A program made the position numbers and the translations under genes. 64,000 nt of DNA, taken from the NCBI GenBank assembly GCA_965112735.1, contig OZ218954.1, positions 1,426,001-1,490,000 of the forward strand, written 5' to 3'. The notes below the pieces were generated by a model, which worked only from the letters and a program-made list of their open reading frames with translations, was not told the DNA's origin and did not search any database. The DNA is from Phaeosaccion multiseriatum (lineage: Eukaryota; Protista; Ochrophyta, other classes). Below, one piece after another: positions 56,477-64,000 of the stretch. Position 1 is the first letter of the stretch, and each line of letters starts with the position of its first letter.

Positions 56477-58100
56477 GGATCATGATGATGATGATGATGA
56501 TGATGATGATGGTGATGATGATAGTGATGATGATGATGATGATGTGATGATGATGATGACACGCTGGGGGAGCGCGACACAGGCAGCAGTATAAACTCTC
56601 AACGCTCTACAATTCACCCTCCCTTCCGCCACTGCTGACTTCAACTCGTGCACCACAATCCCCCCTACTTTGCTCATTATACGGTCTGTATGGAGGAGGG
56701 TGATGACGAAAATCAAGGACTTACTGTTCCGCTAAGGCGTCCCGTCCATCCCCAGTGGCGAGCATGTCTCCGATGATGGCGTGGCCCTTCTCGACCGCCG
56801 CCGCACAGGCCTCTGACCCGCCCACGATGGAGTCCGCGAGACTCGCTCGCACCTGTAGATCAAAGCGCAAAGCACAAAGAAGAGGAGAGAGGAGGGAGAG
56901 AAGAAGAGGGGGAGGGAGGGAGGGAGGGAGGGAGGGAGGGAGGGAGGGAGGTAAGGAAGGAGGGAGGGAGAGAGGGAGGGAGAGGGGGAGACATGAGACA
57001 AAAGCCCCCCCCTATCTATCGCTCACACTCACAAGGGAAACGGCGGAGCTGAAGGTGCTAAGATGCGTACGACTTGAGCACATTGAAAGAAACAACTCTA
57101 CAAGTCCCCAGCTCACAACCTCCTCATTCTTCTCTCTCTCTCTCTCTCTCTTCTCTCTCTTCTCTCTCTCCCTCTCTCTCTCTCCCTTCTCTCTCTCTCT
57201 CTTTCTCTCTCCCTCTTCTCTCATCTTTGACGCACCACGTGGTTGTATTCCTCAAAGTCGAGGGTGGCTTGCAGAGGAGAGGACGAAGACACGGCTCCGT
57301 AAATGAGGTGAGGGTACTTGACTCTGGCCCATGCCGCCAGCATCCCCGGATATGAGCCACCCCAGGTCACCCACTTGGCATCGCCGGGGAGCGATAACCG
57401 CTCGCTAATGAAACCGTGGAAGACAGAGATGTCCGCCAAAGCCTGCTGGGAACTCAGCCACTGCAGGTGCTCTGTGGTCCAGCTGCTGCCGTCGGCGTCG
57501 TTGGAGAAAGGGACCGACTCGCCGTAGTACCTGTGCTCGAGCGCCAGCACAAGCGCCCCTGTTTGTGTGTATGTAGAGCAAGCAAGTTAGTCACGCCATA
57601 CGAAGGACGGGAAGGAACTACCACGCGAAACATCTGCAATTACTACTACACATCCCTCTCCTCCCTCTCCTCCTCTCCCTTCTTCTCCTTGAGCTTTCTT
57701 CACATAATAAAAGCCTCCCACCTTCTTGCTCGGCCAATTCCACGGCATCCGAGCAGTGCACACTATCGGTCACAACCGTAATGTCTACCGGGGGGCCTTC
57801 ACCGCACACGCACAGAAACACCGAGGCGGGTCCAGCTGCAGCAGTGAAGTATCGAGAGTTAACAAAGTATCTCTGCGAGAAAGTCTGGTGGTTCTGCCGG
57901 TTGAAGTGATCGAGTTGTTGGTCGAAGTAAAGCTCCTGAACATCATCATCGTTGTCTGCTGCTGCTGCCCCCCCTTCTATCACCTCTCGCCCTCCGTGCC
58001 CTGCGGAGAGGCCGGAAAGCTTGAGGTGTTGGAGGGCATTGTTGCACCAGGGCAGAACAAAGAGCAGCAGCAAGAGGAGCGACCCACCACTACGAGTCAT
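54707..58100 (-). CDS. Secreted serine peptidase family S28 (PRSS16/PRCP-like)
   Basis: Signal peptide, FDQQLDHF...QRYFVN, ALEHRYYGES, catalytic GGSYPG, WLYQTCTEFG, NGDIDPW and GASHH. Confidence 0.92.
56320..56560. repeat. Compound (GGA)n(GAT)n intronic microsatellite
   Basis: Directly visible within an S28 intron; source of the poly-His and poly-Met pseudo-ORFs. Confidence 0.95.
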
Positions 58101-58372
58101 GAGGACAGCTTGTGCCTTGTAAGGGGCAGGCAGGGAGAAAGAATGAGTGAAGGGCGAAGGAGGGAAAAAACACAAAACACCGTCCACACCAATTGTGAGT
58201 CTTTCTCTATAACCAACACATGTGGCTGCTTTCCACCACACTCGGCCGCCCCGGAGGGTGAGAAGGGATAATACAGCGGCCGGGGAGGTGGGAGAAGGTT
58301 TCGGTTCTTACAAGAGGTTTTATTTTCTTTCTCTCTCATGTTTGTTATTAGAACGAAAATCCTTAGCCTAGC

Positions 58373-60583
58373 TCAGGCACTCGCCCCCCCCAGACTCATG
58401 AGCTGTGTCAAGAAGCCGTCGGCGTTGAGCAGCTCTGTGCAGCCATAGGTCACTCCGAGGTCTCCTTTGCCGCTCCTTGCCCGCGTCGAAGCGTAGTCCT
58501 GGAGATTCTGGAACTCTGTGTAAGTGCCTCCGCCGATCATGAATACAATGGCGTCCCGGGGGGGTGCGCGAGCCCTCGACGCCGCTGGGGGTGGGGGACG
58601 AGGAGGAATGGGAGAGAGGGAGGGAGGGAGGGAGGGAGGGAGGGAGGGACGGGGAGGGAGGAGGCGAGGGAGGGAGGGAGGAAGGGAGGTGGGAGGGAGG
58701 AGGGTATGAGAGGGAAGAAACTGATGCAGAGGTGGGGAGGGGAGAAGGATATTCCTTTGGTGGAAGAAGGCTGCAAGGTGCCGATCACCACACCACCTCG
58801 TACGGCCCTAACGCACGCACACACGCACCTGCTGCAGCAGCGGCGCTTGCAGGATCGGCCGCCCCACCCATGCCGCCCACTGCGCCTGAGCCGCCGCTGC
58901 GCAGCTTGGGATCGAGGAAGAGGAAAGCTTCGTCCTCCTGCAACAGGCAGGACAGGGGGGGTATACATGAGGATAGGGGGGGTATGCATCAGGACAAGGG
59001 GGGGTATGCATCAATCAGCACAACAAAGGGGCACCGTCTGGCAAATCGAACGCGCCACCCCCCATCCGACTGCCCCACCCTCCCTTCTCCCCGTCCTCTG
59101 CCGCCTTATCATTCCGCCCCTCCTCGCCCCTCCTTGCTCTTCTCCGTACCTCCTTGTGCTCCAGCAAGGCATCCAACGCTGCGGTGACGTATGTCATATT
59201 CGCCCTGCTCAGCAGCTGCCCGGCCGTTGCCGCGGCCTTCGCCAAGAGTCCAGTGGCGCCTGTGAGGGGGGGGGGGGGTGGTGAGGGTGTGAATACGCTT
59301 CAGGGGAGAGCGTGGCAGGGTGTGTGTGTGTGCGTGTGTATGCGTGTGTATGCGTGTGTGTGTACGCGTGTGTGTATGTGTGTATGTGTGTAGGCTGCTT
59401 GACGGGCTGACTGACTGACTGACTGACCTGTCTGCGCTTTGGCCAAGAGCCCTTGCATGAACTTCGGTGCCCCTCCTGAGGCAGGCCCTTCCGACGTAGC
59501 CCCCTCGGGCACCGCTGTGGGCATGTGCTGGAGTGCCACCTTCTCGACAAACAAAAACAATACCCGAGCAAAAGGGTGGGCGAATGAGTGACCGTGTGAA
59601 TGGGTGCATGGGTGGATGGTTGAACGTACTAATGTCCAAAGGAGAAGTTGAAGGTAGTTTTGTCTTCCGATAAATCTCTCCCACCTCTGCCCCATTCCTC
59701 GTGCTTATGATTACCTGTTGTCTCAGATAAGTCAAGGCCGCGATGCCATTCTCCAGCTCGCTGCTCGCACTCGCATCTCCCTCCCCTCCTCCTCCTCCTC
59801 CTCCTCCTCCCCCGTTGCCCCCTGCCTGTCCTCCGCCTCCTCCGTACGCTGCCCTCAGCACTTCTTGCAGCTCCCCAAGCTCCGGAGGGGAGGGCCTTGC
59901 CACAAGCACGTACACTCCGAGCAATCGGAGCTTGTCCCGCAGAGAACCCTTTCCCGTTTGGACGAGACTCACTACCGTTGCTCTGCATAAGGGGAGACAG
60001 GCACATACACACATACATACATACATACATACATACATACATACATACATACATACATACATACATACATACGTAAATACACGTGATCAGACAGGGAGAG
60101 AGGGACAGGTTCTGTCTCGCGCACGCATGCACACATCAAATACCTGTCTCCCCTGTTGGCCGATACCATGCTCTCCTCGGCCTCGAACAGCACAGGCACC
60201 TCCCTCTCTGCGATGATGTCCATGACGGCCTTGAGGATGTTGGTGTGCATCTCCAGCTTCTTCTTCCTGCCATGCACACACACGCACACGCACGCACACA
60301 CCCACACACGCACACACGCACACACACGCACACAGAGATAAGTAAGATGGTGATTGAATCCTCTCATGAGCGGTCCGGTACAACGTTTTGATTACGCTTT
60401 CACTACGGCGCCTGCTACACTTGTCTACACGTGTCTCCTTCTTCTCCTGTCCACACCCTTTGTATAGCCCCACATCCGTCTTCTCCTTCCTCTTCTCCGC
60501 CCTGCCCTCCCCACCCTCCTCCCTACACATCTCCCTGCTCTCCTTCCTCTCCCCCCCCCCTCTGCCGTCCCCACACACCCACG

Positions 60584-60652
<69 letters not shown>

Positions 60653-63452
60653 CTCTCCAGCAGTGCGGGCAGAGACTCCACTGCCGCTGCCAGGTCGTGC
60701 GTGCCCCCGCCACTTTTCGCCCCCCCTCCGGCTGCGGCGGCTGCAGCCGAGTGAGCAGCTGCGGAAGAGGTGATGGACCCTGTGGGGTAGAGGGGTAGAG
60801 GGTAGATGATAGAGGTTAGAGAGTGGAGAGCAGAGGGCGGGGATGGATATAGAGCGAGGAACAGCACAAGACCAGCAAGACAGTACACAAACATGAGTTC
60901 CGAACCAAGTCTTGTCTTACTCCTTTGGTCCTTTCGTTCGTTCGTCCCTTCATCCTTCATCCGGATCTAGACGAAGTCTGCTTGGTGAGTGAGTGCCCCT
61001 ACCCTAGAGGGGAGGAGAGGGGAAACAATCCACGCCCCTCTTCTTTGTACGTCTGCGCGACTGTCTGGGCGACTGCCTGCCATTCTGTTCCCCTCCTGCC
61101 TCCTCGCCTTCGTCTTCTCTTTCGGCGACGGGGGGGGGGGGGAGGGGCAAGGATATACCCCCCCCTCCCTCCCATACTGCTGCCCCATCCCTGCCCGTCC
61201 TGGAACTAAATCACTCTCTCTCCCCTCTCTCTCTCTCTCTGCCACTTCTTCCACTACTTTTCTCCCACTGCACTCACTCACTCACCCCCTTGCACGCCCT
61301 CCAAGCTGATGCCTGCCGCAGACGTCCGCCTCCGAATGTCCTCCTCCTCTTGCGTCACCTATGGCCGTTACAGAATAGGGTGGTGTTTGTGGTGACAGAT
61401 AAGACATCGCATCAGTAAGATGGTCCTGTAGACACACAATCCTTCTCTTAACAAAGAGAGAAACAGGTGTGAGGTGTGAGCCCCCCTGCATCTATCCGAA
61501 CACTTGGGACCGTACGTTCTGAAACGCTTGAATCCCATCCCCTTGCGACTCACCCCCATCCACCACACCCCACCCTACTCCACCCCACCCCACCGCACGC
61601 ACCCACACCCATCCACTGCCATCCCACCCCAACCCACCTGCGCCAGCTCCATCCCGTTGGCCTCGATGGCCTCTGGGAAGGAAGCACCCTTGTGCTGCGC
61701 ATAGAAAGCGTCCGTCTCGCAGTTGACGTCATACGTCTTGCGTTGTCTCTTGGCTGCCGCCCCCGCCCCGCCCCCTCCTGCTCCACCCTTGCCGCTACTA
61801 ACATCAACAGTGATGCGGTTTAGGCGATGGTTCAGCAAGTCGTCTAGCAGCGCCTGTGTGGGCGCGTGTGCGCGCGCGTGTGTGTGTGCGTGTGTACGTG
61901 CGTGTGTGTGCCGCGCAAGAGGGGGCATTTCGACAAACCAATCATCACAAGCCAAAAAAAACAAGGAGGGTAGGGCATCACGTCAAGACGACTCGTGATA
62001 AAAGACGACATGCGCATGGGTGGGTGCGTCTTCGACAGTGTTGCCCATGACAGCGGGGAGGCTTTTGGGGGGGGGGGGGGAGAGGCGTTGCAGCACACAA
62101 TCGCACGGCACTTGTCTAGAGTGACCCACTGCTTCCTTCCGCTCCGTCGCCGACCGTTCCCATGTATCACCAACTGCTACTGCTCGCCTTCGCGCTCCTC
62201 ACCCCGCGGCTTGCTCGTCCTGTTTCTCCCTCCTCACCTGGTACGTGCTGTTGTGTCTGAGTGCTGATATCAAGTCTCCCGTCCTGTCCAGCAAGACAAG
62301 CACCGGTCGCTGATAGGAAGACACGCCCCCGCTGCTAAAAAGCCCCCCACCTCCCCCTCCTCCTCCTGCTCCCCCCCCTCCTCCCCCCGCCTTGCCGCCT
62401 CCTCCCAACAGATGGTCGCTAATGAGGGAGTTGAGCTGTCTGGCAACCATCTCAGCCGCACCCCCTCGGGGAGCCCTGATCACGGGCACCACTTTGAGAG
62501 TAGCCAGCACGCTGAGCAGTCCGTACGAAACGGCAGTCATGGCCGCGGTGATTTGGGTATCTCCGCACGACGGGTGGTTGTAAGCCAAGAACGACCCGGG
62601 CTGTCAATGATTAATATTTGGACAGAGAGACAGGACAAAATACACGAAACACAGACGCGCGCGCACACACACATTATGATGATTAGTACCCCAGACAGGT
62701 TCGTTCGGCGGTAGTAGCCGGGGGGTGGGGGGCTGGAGAGGGCGAAATGACGTTACAGAAAAAAAAAGAGGCAAGCGGTCTGATCATATCATCCGCGGTG
62801 GTATGTGTGTACGGGGTTATGCAGGCAGCAGTGGGGCTGAGGTGGACGGAGCAGCAAGCCGAGCCAGAGCGACGACCAAGCCGACCGACTGTCCCCCTCG
62901 ACCCCTCCCTCCCCCTATACCTTACGTACGACCCTATACCTTACGTACGACCCTATACCTTACGTAGGACGTCCCGAGGACGAAGGATCGTACCTGATTG
63001 AGGTGAAACAGACGCGGTTCCAAGGACACAAAGTCCAGGTATCGGTCCACAATCTTGCTCACCTGAGAACGGGTGGGGGAGGGGGGGATTGGAGAAAGGG
63101 TGAAAGAGGGAGATAGAGAGAGGGAGGGAGAGCGAGAGGGACCAAGTGAGAGGGAGAAAGAGAAAAGAGACGCGGTGAAGGAACAGAAGGGGGGGAGAGA
63201 GACGCAAGAGATATTCATGGGTGCGGAATACGCTTTGTGATACTTTCATTGAAAGAGTGGGGGAAAGCGTTCAGGGAAAACATTGCACCACCATAATGTG
63301 AAGCCCTCATGTATGCACTCAAGTGTCTCTCTCTCGCAATCACACACTCACTGATCCACTCTGACTAACACATCCAGTCACAAAAACATGCACACACGCG
63401 CACACATACATACATACACACACACAAACACACACACACACACTCACACACA

Positions 63453-63490
<38 letters not shown>

Positions 63491-64000
63491 AACCATTTGA
63501 GCGGAGCCCGACGTGGTGACTTGCTTGGCGAGGCTCTCCATGAGGGGCCGCTCGAGCTTGCTGGACAAGTTCAGCGACACAGATGCGTACAGCAGGCGGG
63601 AGCAGTCCTGCAGGGCCGTAGTGTGAAGCAAGGGGGGCCGTATGGCATTCAACACGTGCATGTTCGCAGGGCACGCAAAGGACAAGAGGGGTGGGGTGGG
63701 TTGGGGTTGGGTGGGGAGGGAGGTGGAAGACAGGTAGTGAGGTTACTATTCCGACAAGGCGTGCACTAGCAATGCTTTCTTCTCTCTCTCTCTCTCTTTC
63801 CCGAATTGGAAGAAGCCCTCTATCCAAAGCTATTATTGGACTCTCTGAACAGCCGGGAGGGGGAATGGAGTTCACAAGGCCCTCACCCCCCCCCATCTTC
63901 CCTGCCCCTCCTTCATTCCTGTGAGGGCAAGGTCATACCTCCTTGAAAGTGGTACCACGCACACACGCAGACACACGCGCGCACGCACGCACACACGCAC
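58373..64000 (-). CDS. SLY1: Sec1/Munc18 family protein SLY1/SCFD1; 5' part lies beyond the right edge
   Basis: IVDRYLDFVSLEPRLF, RPVLVLLDRTGDL...HNSTYQALLDDLL, FPEAIE, AVESLPALLERKKKLEMHTNI, DKLRL, FLDPK, AIVFMIGGGTYTEFQNL and YGCTELLN. Confidence 0.93.

Noticed and set aside
63935-63950. Possible 3-nt micro-exon (TCAAG|GAG|GTATGA) in SLY1
   Set aside because: The upstream exon is outside the window, so neither phase nor necessity can be tested.

Overview
Eukaryotic, intron-rich genomic DNA. A flagellated protist or alga, possibly a stramenopile, is my inference and is not proven. Most ORFs in the supplied track are artefacts of intronic microsatellites. By reading exons and splice sites I find these genes, left to right: a tandem-domain cyclic-nucleotide-regulated K+ channel (runs off the left edge), a FUSC/ALMT-type transporter, an intronless NIF/FCP1-like phosphatase, two tandem ankyrin paralogues, a divergent 14-3-3-like gene, MIOS, an intronless GT61 glycosyltransferase, EBP2 and QNG1 head-to-head, CEP70, an S28 serine peptidase, and SLY1/SCFD1 (runs off the right edge). 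Small accessory pockets at about 7.6-8.6, 18-21.4, 37.4-41 and 52.5-53.5 kb hold the most unusual material. The main one is two sister families of MITE-like elements with TCG...CGA termini, 6-bp target-site duplications and a shared GC-rich linker but different 7-bp repeat motifs, plus a possible excision footprint. The pockets also contain a modular non-TIR dispersed repeat, a cluster of hairpins with the same 9-nt loop, a pre-miRNA-like foldback with alternative pairings, and several tandem duplications of splice signals. No database search or folding program was run; all family assignments come from motif recognition.
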